Assembly (NCBI GenBank): GCA_030141605.1
Contig: JAQGDQ010000051.1
Span: 372,001-436,000, forward strand
DNA from: Tubiluchus corallicola
Taxonomy: Eukaryota > Animalia > Priapulida
Direction of reading: 5' to 3'
DNA: 64,000 nt
The notes under the pieces were generated by a model that was given only the letters and a program-made list of their open reading frames with translations, was not told the origin of the DNA and ran no database searches. Positions 34,898-48,306 of this stretch are shown here, in pieces; position 1 is the first letter of the stretch; each line of letters starts with the position of its first letter. A program made the translations under genes and the position numbers.

Positions 34898-37800
34898 ATG
34901 GGTCGAACAGCGGGAATAAGTGCATCACTCAATAGTTCACCGGCAATACCTTTGCCTACACCACAAAGAAAGCGAAGTGTGGCGAATTTTTCCTTCCGTC
35001 GTATTTTTGGTCGTCAGAGTAGAAAAAGCAAAGAATCTAAGCAAAAATCAAATCGTGGTAATGATGATGATAATGGTGATAGTTCAGCAGCAGACAAGCA
35101 CACTTGGCAAGTACAGAAGTCTTTCCATCCTCATTTAGCGGAACCTGAAGATTCTGCAAGTATAGATAGCAGCAAAAATGAAGGAATTCATTTTATTGAA
35201 TGTCCTTTGTGTCTAACAGAGGTAAAAGAAGAAGATTTTCCAATTATCACAACTTGTGAACACAGATCATGTCAACCTTGCCTAAGTCAATACTTAACAA
35301 TTGAGATTACAGAATCGAGAGTTAGTATAGCCTGTCCACAATGTTCTGAGTGCTTTCATCCATCTGATATCAAGTCAATTCTTCAAAACGATGAGCTTAT
35401 GAGGAAATACGAAGAGTTTGCTCTACGTCGATACTTGGTAGCTGATCCAGATGCGCGTTGGTGCCCATCTCCTGATTGTGGGTAAGAAATGAAGGCTTTT
35501 GTTAGTTTTAATGCTTTCAGTAATGTACACCTTACTAGTCTTGACATTAATAGCTGCAATTAGTTAGCATGATTTATGCAATGGTGCAAGTATGCACTGA
35601 ATATTCAGATTGCCAAATTTTTTCTCTGATAATCAGTATAAGAATTCGGTCCGATAAACTTCAGTTGTAAACACTAAAGGTTCGGCGACCTTTCGGGTAT
35701 GCCAAAGACACTTTTTTAATAATTGTGATATCCGGTTAAAATTATATTAAACAAACCAAATTTTTCCCTGTAATGCTTATGAAAATCCGAAAAAAGCTGT
35801 TAGTAAATGGCGGACACGGCACAAAAGCTGACATTTTGCTTTCTGTTTTTATATGATAACTTGAGGAATGTGATGCACCATTGGTACACAAGTCGTGTGG
35901 CTCATGTGAATGAGCAGTAGCATGACAGTACTGTATTTGCTTTTGCATGACAAAATAAATCAGAACTTGAGCTAGTAAATAATTTTAAATGTAATAGTAC
36001 AAAATTATTTGAGCAGCTTCTGTACACTGTACTAAATAACCATTAAAAAACAGATTTAGTAACCAGAACAATTTTATACAGCTTGCCAATCACCCACTAT
36101 CTTAGTATGATAGAACATTACAGAGTTTCTAATTCTTTTTGCTTGGAATTGCAAGAAAATTTGGTTCAGTTTCGGTAAACAATTCAGTTCTTTTTTGGTT
36201 TGATGTACCAATTTAACTCGGTAATTTAAGCTTTAGGTCGGTGGCACCTGCGCATAAAAAATCGGCTGCGATTCAGTTGATGAAAATATGCCTTCGGTGC
36301 TCCTCTATGATTGTTCCCTTCTCCTAATTTTGGGTAATCAATGAAGGCTTTCACTATTTGTAATGCATCCAGTAATATGCACCTTACTAGTTCTAACTTT
36401 AGTAGCTAACAAAATTCTTCAGTGTTTTAAATGAACATCAGTCTAAAAGACGAGTGCATCAATGAACAGTGCAATGTTTTAAGAATGCATCTTGCAAAAT
36501 CATGTCATGTGAATTTGTGTTTTATGTCCTCTTAGAAGAATACAGTGTGTTCACTAGAATGACAGGTGTACTGCTTTTCTGATAGAAAGTTGCTTCAATC
36601 AAACAACTTGCTACTTCTGGTGATTCTGTGTGTGGTGTGCAGTAGGGATGTGTGGTTTCAATAAGATTGTGGTTATTTTGATTAAAAATGAGTGAAGCAT
36701 TAGTGATGACTAATGGGTGAAGCATTCTTAATTGATATGCTTTCAGTAAGATAATTTTTTTCTTTTCTTTGTAGCCTTGAATTTCCTTGTTACCAACTGA
36801 GAATAGTATCGTGCAAAAGAATAATTATGTGAACATTTTGTGATTTGAATAGGTATGCAGTCATTGCCAGTGGATGTGCCAGTTGTCCGAAGCTAGAATG
36901 TGATCGACCTGGCTGCAATACAAGCTTTTGCTATAATTGTAAATCTATTTGGCACCCAGACCAAACTTGTGATACGGCCAAAGGTCAGCGTTTACCACAG
37001 TATCACGATGTAACTTCATACCATGAAGTACAACCCCTGCCAAGTAAGCTGATTGAATATATAAAATCATATTCTATTAAATTTCTTCTTGATCTATATT
37101 TCATCAACTTATGAAGTGTAATTCAATAACATTTACCTCAGGGTTATCACTTCAAATGTAACATGTGAGTTGGTGCATGTTTCAGATGATTCTTCACTTT
37201 TTATTCATTTTTAATTTATAATGAAAATTTCTAAGGTTTCGGTACCAGATTTGGTCATTAGGTGAAATAAAATACCATTATTAGTAGATTAGTTTTTAAA
37301 ATTATGTGTGGAATTCTAAGTTTATTATAAAATGTGTATTTCCATCATTTCGTGAATGTATGTTTAGCTTGCTATGTATGGGTATTGTGAGTGCTATTAG
37401 AATTTATGCAATATTTAGAGAGTAAGTGTGGAACTACGTGTATTTAAAGTTTGAAGAAAGCTTCAGAGGAGGAAATGTACACTTGTTAATGAATGCCGGC
37501 TGGTTCATTATTTCTTGAGGATTTCGTACTGTGTTAGTGTGAAGCTTCAAAATAGCTTTGTTTGTTGGATGTGATTTTCTATATATTGCAATATGTTATT
37601 GATCATTGATGTTATTCTGTGTGGTGGAATGTGCTATTTTATTTTTTTAACATTAGGCATTTGGACAAATTCATTTATCTGCTTCATAGTAACAACTTTT
37701 AATTGTTGTAAACAGTGCAGCACTAAATGCACAGTGTGTGTGTGCGTGAGTGTGTGTGTGTGTGTGTGTGTGCATGCGTGCGTGCGTGTGTAAGTGCACA

Positions 37801-40800
37801 TGAATGTGTGCATTTTCCTTTGCTTTTAAATAGGCTGGTATGGCTGTTAGGAAAGCAGAAACTAACATCAATAAATTTTGTTATTATGTTTATAACTTTA
37901 TTGATGTTTACGTTTGTGAAAAGACTCACATTCTTAACTAACGTTGGTCTAATTTCTTATCTCTAATTCTTTACAAATTGTGTTTAGGTAGCGATGTTAA
38001 GGCTTGTCCAAGATGTTCTGCATTTATAATGAAGATGGATGACGGTTCTTGCAACCACATGAGCTGTGCTATTTGTGGTGCAGAATTTTGTTGGCTTTGT
38101 GTGAAAGAAATATCTGATTTACATTATTTAAGGTGCACTTTTATTGCTTATTTTCTTTATGATCTTTAACTTTAAATAAAGTTGTTGCTGATCTAGCATT
38201 TCCCAGACTTTCCATGCTGACCCAGAATTTCCACATGAACCTGGAATCTATTTGCCTAAAAATTCGCCCAACGTCCATTTCTGCAAACGTAGTTAGATTG
38301 TGCTATAAAAGATTGTTGTTAACATTTTTGTTTTTGTGTTTTCTTAGTCCATCTGGTTGTACATTTTGGGGAAAGCAACAGTGGAGCAAAAAGAAGAAAC
38401 TTTTCTGGCAACTTGGTACCTTAGTTGGAGCACCTGTTGGTATTGCTTTAATAGCAGGAATTACAGCGCCTGCAGTCATTATTGGAACTCCAATATGGGT
38501 TGGGAGAAAGGTAGAAACAAACACTCATTAATTTTAATCATGTAGTTTCCTTATGTAATTTATATACATATTACCTTAAAATTTACAATTGTCATTAGTA
38601 CAAGCAACCTTCTGGGAATAAAGTTGTAACTGAAGATGTTGTATTGCAGAAAATGCATTTTACTTGAAAAAGTAAGCATACTCACGTATAAGTGGCTATT
38701 CATTTTTATATATTTTTTACTGTATTGAATGAATTCATTTTGCAAAAACTGCCTACATGATACATAATGTTTTCGATGAAGATTTAGTCACAGTCTGCCT
38801 GAGGGTAATAATTCTTCCGATGGAAGAAACCAAAATATTTCTCCTGTATATTTGCAATTTAAGGAAAACGAGGCATGTTGTTAAGATCTCATTTTTCACA
38901 TTTCTTAATGCCACAACTCTGGTATTCTTTTGTCTCTTGTTTTTTTGCATCGAATGATAATCAGTGATGAACTGAAACATCATGTCTTTTCTTTATTGTA
39001 AAATTTTTTGTTATCTGTACTTGATGGGATGGAATAGTATTTAATTCTTCTAAACAAAAGAAATTGGCCAGCTTTAAGATGTATCGATGGCATTTAAGGA
39101 GAATAAGGCATGCGGTTAGATCACATTAGTTGTTGAGAATTAGCTGGCTGATGGGATAGATGGCAGTATTTGCTACATTTTATGTATGTACTTACTGCGG
39201 GCACACGCACAATGATTATAAACTCCTTCCAAAATCTGTTTTTGAGAAACGGTTCAGATTGGGTGTAAGGACATTGAAAACTGATGCAAAATGGGGAAAA
39301 AAGTTTTCAAATGGTGCAAATCAACCTCTGTGAACTAAGAAGCGACACCCCAAAATGGTGCTGGAGAGCTTCTCACCTAGGTCTCCCCTAAACATTTAGT
39401 CTTTGGAGAGATCTTATATCAAATAATGTGGAATGTTGAAACTTTGAAACTTTTGTTAAAAACTGTTTTTATAGCAAGAGCAAACGACTTGAGAAAGTTT
39501 CGTACCATTCAATATTAGTAACGGCAAGTTAGTGAGCTGCGTAGATGAAGATGAGAGGAGAGATGAGAAAGCTACAACAGCAGTTGAAAAACAACACTAA
39601 CTTTACTTTGTGATTTCACAATGAGGTTTGCCCTCCTAATGGCCTGAATCCTGACTTCTAACTTACTTAATTTTATTCACTTTGGTAAACACATCAACTT
39701 TAAATTTGTGATAGTAGAGCCTAAGAAAAAATCAAAAGTGTGAAGTTAGTACATATTGCAATACTGATATGGTACATATAATATGTATATGTTTCACAAT
39801 ATTCTTAATACGTTAAGTATAGCTTAACTTCGTGGTCATCCGAGAAAATTTCTTTAGTTAGAAGGGATATCTAAATTTAGCTTTCAATTTGGTGTTACCT
39901 AAAGTAATAATCCTCTTATTTTGTGTGAAAAGATGGTTGTTATATTATTAATCTGTGTGTTTATGTAGGCACTGATGTAAAAATTTTTAAACAGATTTAC
40001 ACAAAGTTCAAGAATAAGCCAAAACATCGACGTAATTTGTACATAGTTGCAGGAGTGTCTGCGTCTGTAATCATTTCTCCACTTTTTGCTGCATTAGCAG
40101 TTGGTGAGTAGAAACTAGATGTACAGTCATTAAATCCTGATGCGTGTTAAGCTTTTTTAACTTTGTATGAAAGTTTATTGAACTGAAATTTGTTGTGGTT
40201 AGTTTTTATTTATATGAGAAGTTACAGTGAAACTTAATAGCATAATACTTTATTCATTCACAGCAAAAATATTACAGTGAAACCTCTTTATACCGCCTAC
40301 TTTGGACTCCATAACGGCATTATAAGTTGGCATTATAACGAGTTTAGCACTATAAGAAGGTGCTTTAATACATACATGTCTATATAAATTTAGATATTTT
40401 GTTTGGCTAAAAATCTGGGCATTAGGCAAGGTTGGTATTATAAAAGAGGCATCATAACAAGGTTTGACTGTAGTTGTATAGACATAAAAATTGATGTAAA
40501 CTGGGGGCAAGTACCAACCTCCCCCCCCCCCCCCACGTGCGCGTAGCTGTATTTATTATATATGCATAATATTTCTTAGTTTGTGAGTGAGTCTCAGTCT
40601 CACATCTGTTTCTACAACTGTTGTGAAGCCAGGGACAGCCCCTGTAAAAACTGGATTCTTAATCAAGTTTTTTATTTTAAGTTGCAATCTCTATCACTTG
40701 CTATATCTAAATTTCATTTTTTAGGAATAGGAGTGCCAGTCTTACTTGCGTACGTATATGGAGTTGTGCCGATTACACTCTGCCGAGCAAGTGGGTGTGA

Positions 40801-43800
40801 TGTGTCAGCTTCTGACGGCAAGGTCAAAATAGAGTACGGTGATGAAGAAAACCACATTTCTGTGTTTCAGCCTGGTAAGAAGAGATGCAAATTTTTGTCT
40901 TTCTTAACACTAGAAGGACAGAAAAGTTTACTACCTATAGGTTTTACACGTCAAATGTAGACACGGGAAAGTTCAAATGTGACTTAGGTAAGTCAAATGT
41001 AGACATTGGAATTTCGAATGTGTTTCGGTAACTCAAATGTGACTTAGGTAAGTCAAATGTAGATGCGGTACTTTGAATAAATCGGTAATTAACTCATTTA
41101 AGTGCAAATTACAAAATGATACAACCAAATTAAAGTTATATTTTGTGGTCATGGCGCTATCGGCAGCATCAATTTTTATTATATTGAAATAATTTGCAAC
41201 TATTTGTCTGGACCTTAATACATTTTTCAAATGTAAAGAAAATGTTTATTTGATCAGAACACTTAAAAGTGTTGTACATAAATAAGTTAACAATTATACA
41301 ATTATTAATATATACACCAATTCTACATTTTATTTGTCAGTGTTTTACAAAAACATTTTTTTGAACAATTAACCAAACTATTTCGAATAATTTCTATCCG
41401 CTACAGCATCTTCTAACATCTTCATTACAACCAGGCACCTTTTTAAAACATTGGCTAACGTTGAACGGGTATGCATGGTTTCTCAGGCATGTCTCGGCGT
41501 ATAGATGCAATGACTTGCTCTAGCGTAATTTCTGGATGAGTTTCTGTAAGATTAACTGCATAGTCTCCCATTTCTTCATCGACGAGCTTTCTTCTGAAGC
41601 CGCCACATGGTTTGACAATTCTACCCTCCAGTGCTCTCTTAATAATAGCCGACGCGGTTGATTTTTTTTATAAGTTGCCGTGCAAGATGTAAGTAGTCAT
41701 CACCTCTTTCATAACTTTGAAAAATGCATTGTCTATCCTCCAACGAAATTCTTTGGTAAACCATAATGTCGGCAGAAAAGAATAAATCGGTTCCCACTTC
41801 CCAATGAACAGTGAATCACTAATTAGTTTTTAAGTAATGCATTAGCATTAACGAATTAGTTTCTCTCAAGAAACATTGTTTATTTTAAGAATGTATTGTT
41901 TTCTCTAACAGTTCCAATCGTATGTAAAGTTTGCAGAATATTAGTGAACTATTAGTAGGCCTATAACGTTGTTATTTTAACTTAAGAGCAATTATTAAAT
42001 TGAAATTAAAGAAGATTAAATTTAACATCCTTAAACTTTACCACCTATCCACATTTGAGATACCAATGTCACATTTGACTTGACATATGTCTACATTTGA
42101 CTAACCAAAAACGCTTAAGATTTCTTGAAAACCATTGTTAACACATTTGAACTACCTTAGTCTACATTTGAGTTACCAAGACACATTTGAATTACCTAAA
42201 TCTACATTCAAGTTAACGCAGGTCTACATTTGACATGTAAAACCTATTGAAGGCCGGCATTTGTCAATCGACAAAATCATAGCTTTCATTCCTATACAAA
42301 AGTAAAACAAGTAGTTATCTGTCAATCTTTGTTGAAATTCAATGATTCATCAGATGCTTATTTGAATTCAATTGAAGCAGTTTATATAGTACAAGTATAA
42401 TGACTTATTTAATGGCAATTATCGCAATGCTTCGAGAATTTGCTTTGAGTCAAGCTATCTGGTGCCCTGACAGAGCTGACAGTCAAGAAATTTCAGACCA
42501 CAAGCTTTTAGCTAATAAGTTTTAATAAGATGTCAAAATGAGTTCGCTGATTTACATTCATTGCAGTATGTTCTCGGATTTACATTCACATTTACATTGT
42601 GATGCAAGTACATTGTGATGACTTACAATGTACTATATGTATTGGAGTCAATTAACACGGTAGGTAATTGTAGGTAGTAGCCTATTTTTAACAAGGTTAA
42701 AGTAACTTTTCATCTTGAAATTCTTTGCAATAGTAGTTAACCCTAAACTAGAAAAAGTAGTAAAAGTAAGAGCATATCATTCAGAGATTCCAGAGATGTG
42801 AAGTAGAAAAATTTCGTCTGGCACGCTCAGCCTTCTGGCATTAACCTTGTGAACTTTGTGATATCAAGTTTTTTTTTTATTAAAAAAACTTCTGTACTTT
42901 ATCATATTTTTCTAAACAATTTAGCAAGTTTTTTCTTTCTACCTCTTATACTGAAAAACATCTAAAAGCTTCAGTGTATTATAAGGGGTTTATTTTTGCA
43001 AGTCAGTATAAGAAGTTTATCTTTAACATCGTATATACTTTTTAAATTTAATAATAATAATAATAATATTTATCTTGTATAGCGTTTAAATCTATAGACA
43101 GCACAATTGACAATATTCAAAGACGCCTCACAGACATATCTAAAATCATCATGACAGACTTAAAAAAGGTTTACAAAGTTAAACAGTGATCCAACAGTAA
43201 ATTCCAACACTAAACCCTCAATTGTTTTCAGCTACTGCTAGAAAGCATTTCCTCTATCAACACAATAACCAAATTGTATTGGCCAGTATTCTGAAATGCT
43301 ACTCATTTTAAATTTGCATGCTGAAAATTAGCTGAATATTTTCAGGTTATATTTCCGGAAAAGCTGATGCTGTCTAACTTTATTAGATAATAGATGCTTA
43401 CCCTGTTGTAGCTGTAACTAATCTGTCTTATCTTGGCTTTAAACAGATATAACAGAATGTGGCTAAAACATTGCATGGTTGACAGTATAAACCAGAATTA
43501 TAGTTCTAACACTTGATATTTTTCACAGAGAACACTTAATTCTCTGTGGACCCTCATTGCAATAAATCTACGTAATACAAGAGACATGGCTTTCGTAAAT
43601 GTGCTTTTGCCTTTTTTGCAGATTCAGCTAGCATGCTTGTTCAGAATGTCATCAACCCTAGCATAGGAGAAGACTCCCTGGCAACTACAATATCAGTGAG
43701 TGGCAGTCAGATTGATAACTTGGGAAAACATGGTAACCGAGATAGCATCAGTAATCTGGCATTAGCAGGTGAAAGCATATCAGGAAGTCTTTGCGGTAGC

Positions 43801-44795
43801 ATGTCAATGGCAGCTGGGCCTAGTGTGTATCACAGCCGGTAAGCAAAACTTATTAAAGTATTTAAAAGCTAGATTATCAGTATTTTATTTATCACTTTTG
43901 TTTTAATACCACTAACAGTTGTTTTTGCTATCCAGCTACTGTTAGAAAAAGCTTATTTGTTTATACGAGTTGTGTACATTCTTGCATGTGCTACCGATAA
44001 AATTGCAGTATATTCTGCTACTATAGAATTAAAAAAAGTACTATATAATTCTAAATAACAGATCCATAATTGTAGGCAGTTTTTTACTGTTTTTATTATT
44101 AAAAATAGTTTTCTTATTGAAGCAATCTAGTAATCACAGATGATGTGTCTATAGATGTGTCTGGAACGTGTAAAGCAAAGTGTTTTTCAACATACTACTG
44201 CATAATGCTGAGCAGCCTATATGTCAAGAATAATATCCTTGTTTTTGTTCTGAACAGATGTGATAAAGAAAGCACATGTGCATCTGTCATTACGTGTGAT
44301 GCCTGTATTCCATTTGAGGATAGTAATGAAGTTTCCAGTCAAATACAGACAGGTATTTTGCATCACGTAACTGTGAGCCATGTTGAAGACAATGACAGCA
44401 GAACGAATAGGACTATTGAAGATGACATGTTCGTCCAAGATTCTTTACCGCTTCCGGGGTCTACACAGTCAATTACAAAGGGAGGTCATCAATCACCATC
44501 AGGTCATACAAGTTACCACAAACGATTGCCATGTTATGACCGACATGTATCAGAGTTGGACAGTGGAAATCAAGATGGTGTAGAAACAGGCATTGTTAAA
44601 TCATATAGGAAAGCTGACAGATCACACTCTTTTGGGACAGATATAGCTAGTAAAAAATCTCCACAACTGAAATCTGTCAGCACAAGAAAACGTAAGCATT
44701 CTGTTCAAAATAAAGTGCAGAAAACTTCTGCTGAACAAAAAGCAATGCATACAGACAGAATTTCGGTAAAGCCATTTAACAAGTTCAAAATTTAA
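34898..44795 (+). CDS. RNF19: RBR E3 ubiquitin-protein ligase, RNF19A/B (Dorfin)-like
   Basis: Exons 34898-35481, 36853-37043, 37988-38132, 38348-38510, 39995-40103, 40725-40874, 43622-43838, 44258-44795. RING1 ([17 protein letters not shown]), IBR ([34 protein letters not shown]), RING2 (CPRC...[21 protein letters not shown]), [10 protein letters not shown], and TM segments [16 protein letters not shown] and [21 protein letters not shown]. The last-exon acceptor is less certain. Confidence 0.95.
35590..36307. mobile_element. Degraded hAT-like MITE in RNF19 intron 1
   Basis: Right end TTCGGTGCTCCTCTA (reverse complement TAGAGGAGCACCGAA) and repeated TTCGG motifs. The left end is degenerate. 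Confidence 0.4.
37734..37791. repeat. (TG)n/(TGCG)n microsatellite
   Basis: Visible in the sequence. Confidence 0.9.
40275..40470. mobile_element. Short Tigger/pogo-like MITE
   Basis: TA|CAGTGAAACCTCTTTATACCGCC ... GGCATCATAACAAGGTTTGACTG|TA. Confidence 0.75.
40938..42246 (-). mobile_element. IS630/Tc1-mariner-like element with transposase N-terminal remnant
   Basis: TIRs TAGGTTTTACACGTCAAATGTAGAC / GTCTACATTTGACATGTAAAACCTA, with arrays of TCAAATGT subterminal repeats at both ends. Frameshifted minus-strand ORF from 41764: [43 protein letters not shown]...[11 protein letters not shown]...HPEITLEQV (HTH-like). Confidence 0.75.
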
Positions 44796-46100
44796 TTGAA
44801 AAACCCTGAACCTTTATTTTCTTTAAATAAATATTGGTAAGCTAATTTTAGACAGGACTTGTGATGTGTTTTTCTACACTTGAAAATAAAGTATTAGCCA
44901 ATTTCTGATTAAAATTTTATAAAGTAAAATGAAGAAAATCTATAGCATTATAAAATAAAGTAAATGTATTATTATAAAGTCTTGTGAATAGCTGTAATTT
45001 TAGTAAAATGTCGATCTTTATATGAGATAGAAATCTGTGTTATGAGTAGTGTAAAGAATGATTAATAAGCATGCATAAAGTGGATAAGCTGAACTAATTA
45101 TTCCAACTTCTTGTTAGTGTCACTGACCCTGACACATGCTTTATGGATAGCAAACATGCTGCAGTTTTTTATTGTGTACGTGGTTTAAGCAATAAATTTT
45201 ATTTCCATATGTGTGGGCTGAAGTACTTCACTGTACAAATGTTATAGACTTCTGCTAGTAAAAAAAGAAGATAGAATAAAGAACTTCCACACTTTCTGGG
45301 TATGATACTAGATGATGTTTAGGTGATATACTTAGTTTGGGGTCTAAAAGGTTACATTTTGAAAGGTTCCTTCACCACCCTTAGTTCTAGCAGATTAAAA
45401 AACAAACTGGTTAATAAAAGCAACCAGTTATTAAACAAGTATTAATTTCGAAGTTTCATCTTGAGTTATATCAACTTACATGCACATAACAAACCTATTG
45501 CTTGATTTGAAAATGTTTAAGCAATAGGTAAAATTTTCTTACAGTAGGAGCCATCAGTAGGAAATTTTAAAAATATTGGAACTTGCAAATTTTTTCACAT
45601 AAAATTCCTCTTTCCTCAGATGTAGTTGTATGTATTTTTACAGGTTTATTTCTGATTAAGACAGTTGAATAATGTGTTTAATTGGCTGCTCTGGAGGGTT
45701 TCTGCTTAGTCAAAAACATATGCTTACTCATGTATCTGTGTCTTTATAATGCAGACACACAGATTGTCTTTTTACAATGTTTTCATTTATTATCTTTGTA
45801 TTCGACGTGCTTTTAATGGAAAAATAACTGTTCTTATAGGAACACGATGTCCTTCACATAAATTTTAAAATGCCAGTATTTTCAGGCATAAAAAATGTTG
45901 GGATAATTTGAAAACCTTCATGTTTTTGTGCATTCACTTTATTTCTGTATTTGTGTAGAGTGATTTGATTATTAGAGAAAACTGTCTCTTGTTCTACATT
46001 AGTATAAACATTTATATACATTTAGGGCAGATGAATATCGCAAATGAATAGTTACCGCAGTGGTAATAGTGTCATTATTAAATGGGCACTGTTTTGTCTA

Positions 46101-46498
46101 CAGGCGGGCTCTACAACTAGGCAGTTTAGTAGCCCAAATTCTGGAAGTAGTTCTTTAATTTTTAAGTTTAGAATAAATAATAATGTGAGATATGTGCAAT
46201 TGCTGCTCAAGAAGCGCAACACCTTAATTAAATGAAACGATATAAAATATCTCTAAAATGTCTCTAATGAAGTGTATTCAACCAGACTGAGTAGTGAAGA
46301 TGATGAAGTTAGTAAAATGGATATGTATGTAAAAAAGTAGGGTTTGAAAAACTTACTGATGAAAAAGTTGAGGGAAAATCTAGTCAAGCTCGGCAATTTT
46401 GGGGGTATGGTTGGGACCATGTGGAAAGGGGTTGACTATTGAGGAGGAGCACTAAAATATTTCTGTCTAGAGCGTCAAACTACCTATAGCTGGCCCTG
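46101..46498. mobile_element. Old hAT-type MITE
   Basis: Ends CAGGCGGGCTCTA / TATAGCTGGCCCTG. 8-bp TSD TTTGTCTA versus TTTGCCTA (7/8 match). Confidence 0.6.
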
Positions 46499-47451
46499 TT
46501 TGCCTATGGTAATTATATTGCTAGGGCAGCCTGGTCATTTTTGCTATATATTAGAGTAGGCATTTATATGCATGTAAAGCAACTAACAGCATGAAAACTC
46601 AAATTGAAAAATAATTGCACTGTCTTTTTCATAATTCAGAAGTAATGCTGATTTTTTTTGTAGCCAGCCTAGAAAAAATGAAGTAGTGATAATAATTTTA
46701 TATAGGATTGATATCCAAGTTAAAATGCATTTGCAAGATTTAATCAATTGTTAAATTATACTAAATTATTTGTTATTAATTGAAAATTCATTAAAAATTG
46801 TCAAATAAATAGAAAAATTCAAATGCAATGTTTCGTTTTAAACTATAATGCAACCATAGCTAAATGTCTTTGAACCAAGTGTTAAGAGTTAGAGAACTAG
46901 AGCTTTTCAGAAGTGTTAGTATTTGTAGTACTGTATTAATTATTAAAAGCATTCTGCAGTGAAAAAAATTAGGCATAGTATTTTAGGAAAGCTTTCTAAA
47001 CTCTCATTCACATCACATGGTTTATTATTTCTAGTAGTTTATGATCAGTGTACACTGGCAAAATGCACACCTGCCGAAGTGTGCACTTGCAAAATGTATA
47101 CCTAGTGTAGTGTGCAAAGTGTTTACATTGCCGAAATGGTCTATTAGCAAAGTGTCTGACTCACTGACTGTCAAAATTCTACAATTGAAAAAACGTACAC
47201 TTGAAAAATGTGCGACTGGCGATAATAACTAGTAATAAGTGCACTAGCAGAATGGGTGGATCCCCCAATTGTAATTATGGGCAATTTAAAAAGCTTGAAT
47301 GGGTACATTTTAACCAAAAAAAGCTTCCAAAGCCTTCCAAATTCTCTTGATTTTTGTTGGCTATATACGTTACAATAGTTGGCCCCGTGTTTGTAAAATA
47401 GTATTTTTTGGCATGAATAAACAATTTGAAGGGAATTCTATTAACATTTTA

Positions 47452-48306
47452 CTATGACCAAGTGTAACCAAACATATCAAAATCTAGTTTGTACAAGTTA
47501 AAGAGCCTATTTACAAGCCACCTGGGTATGTTACTAAATTGTTCTTTTACAATATCAGCTGCTTTTTCATTTTGATAGTTTACGTCTTCGCGAGTAGGAA
47601 AACTGACTAAATGTTTTACTGAAACGTCATTAAGTATTTGCGCTGCATCTTCCGTTAACGTTTCCATCTTTCCAATCAAATCGTATTTTATCTTGCAAGG
47701 ATTGCATGCAGTGTAATAATGAGCCCAATGTCTGTTTTTGTCTATAACATTTGATTCGGGATCAGCGAGAAACTGCAAGAACTCAACAAAACGGACGTCT
47801 TTTCCATATAATAATGATTCTTCAGCCGGGTTTTCCCTGTATTTGCTAATAATATGTCTGCCATAGTGCTGATGATACATCTTATTATATGGATAGTCGT
47901 AAGTAAACTTGCTTCTGTATGCAGACGCTAACCGCTCAAAGGGATGCCTTACAAACATAAACTTGTAGTAATTATTAAGGCGATACACTTTCTCATCATC
48001 TGAGAAATCTGAAAGTTGTCGTAATTTTATACTGTGAGCATGATGAACTGTTATATTTTTGGCATCAGGAAACATCCTATGTTTTGCTAACGACAGCAAT
48101 ACTCTCCGCCAGTTTGTGGACGCAACCTTTCCAATGGCACAATAAAGAATCATATACTGATCATCCACTAGTATGTTTTTGAACACTTGTGTTTCAATCG
48201 GATGTTCACGCATGCGCAGAATATCAGGAACATCGCTTGTTTTGCATGTTTTATCTGCGCGAGTTCTTCTGTTTTCATAGACAAGATTTGAAGATGAGCG
48301 ACGTTT
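47452..48306 (-). CDS. Catalytic exon of the carbohydrate sulfotransferase
   Basis: 5'-PSB YCAIGKVASTNWRRVL, 3'-PB KFMFVRHPFERLASAYRSKF, HW..Y...CNPCKIKYDLIGKMETLTEDA and C-terminal LYKLDFDMFGY. Acceptor ttctttacag at 48307. Confidence 0.95.
   Translation of the reverse strand, partial: KRRSSSNLVYENRRTRADKTCKTSDVPDILRMREHPIETQVFKNILVDDQYMILYCAIGKVASTNWRRVLLSLAKHRMFPDAKNITVHHAHSIKLRQLSDFSDDEKVYRLNNYYKFMFVRHPFERLASAYRSKFTYDYPYNKMYHQHYGRHIISKYRENPAEESLLYGKDVRFVEFLQFLADPESNVIDKNRHWAHYYTACNPCKIKYDLIGKMETLTEDAAQILNDVSVKHLVSFPTREDVNYQNEKAADIVKEQFSNIPRWLVNRLFNLYKLDFDMFGYTWS

Noticed and set aside
37593-37966. Overlapping ORFs with VCVCV / HTHTH runs
   Set aside because: Translations of a TG microsatellite inside an RNF19 intron.
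47045-47270. Loose AAAATGTGCAC-like repeats and ORF 47041-47232
   Set aside because: Probably transposon subterminal repeats, but no paired termini were found and the ORF has no recognisable domain.
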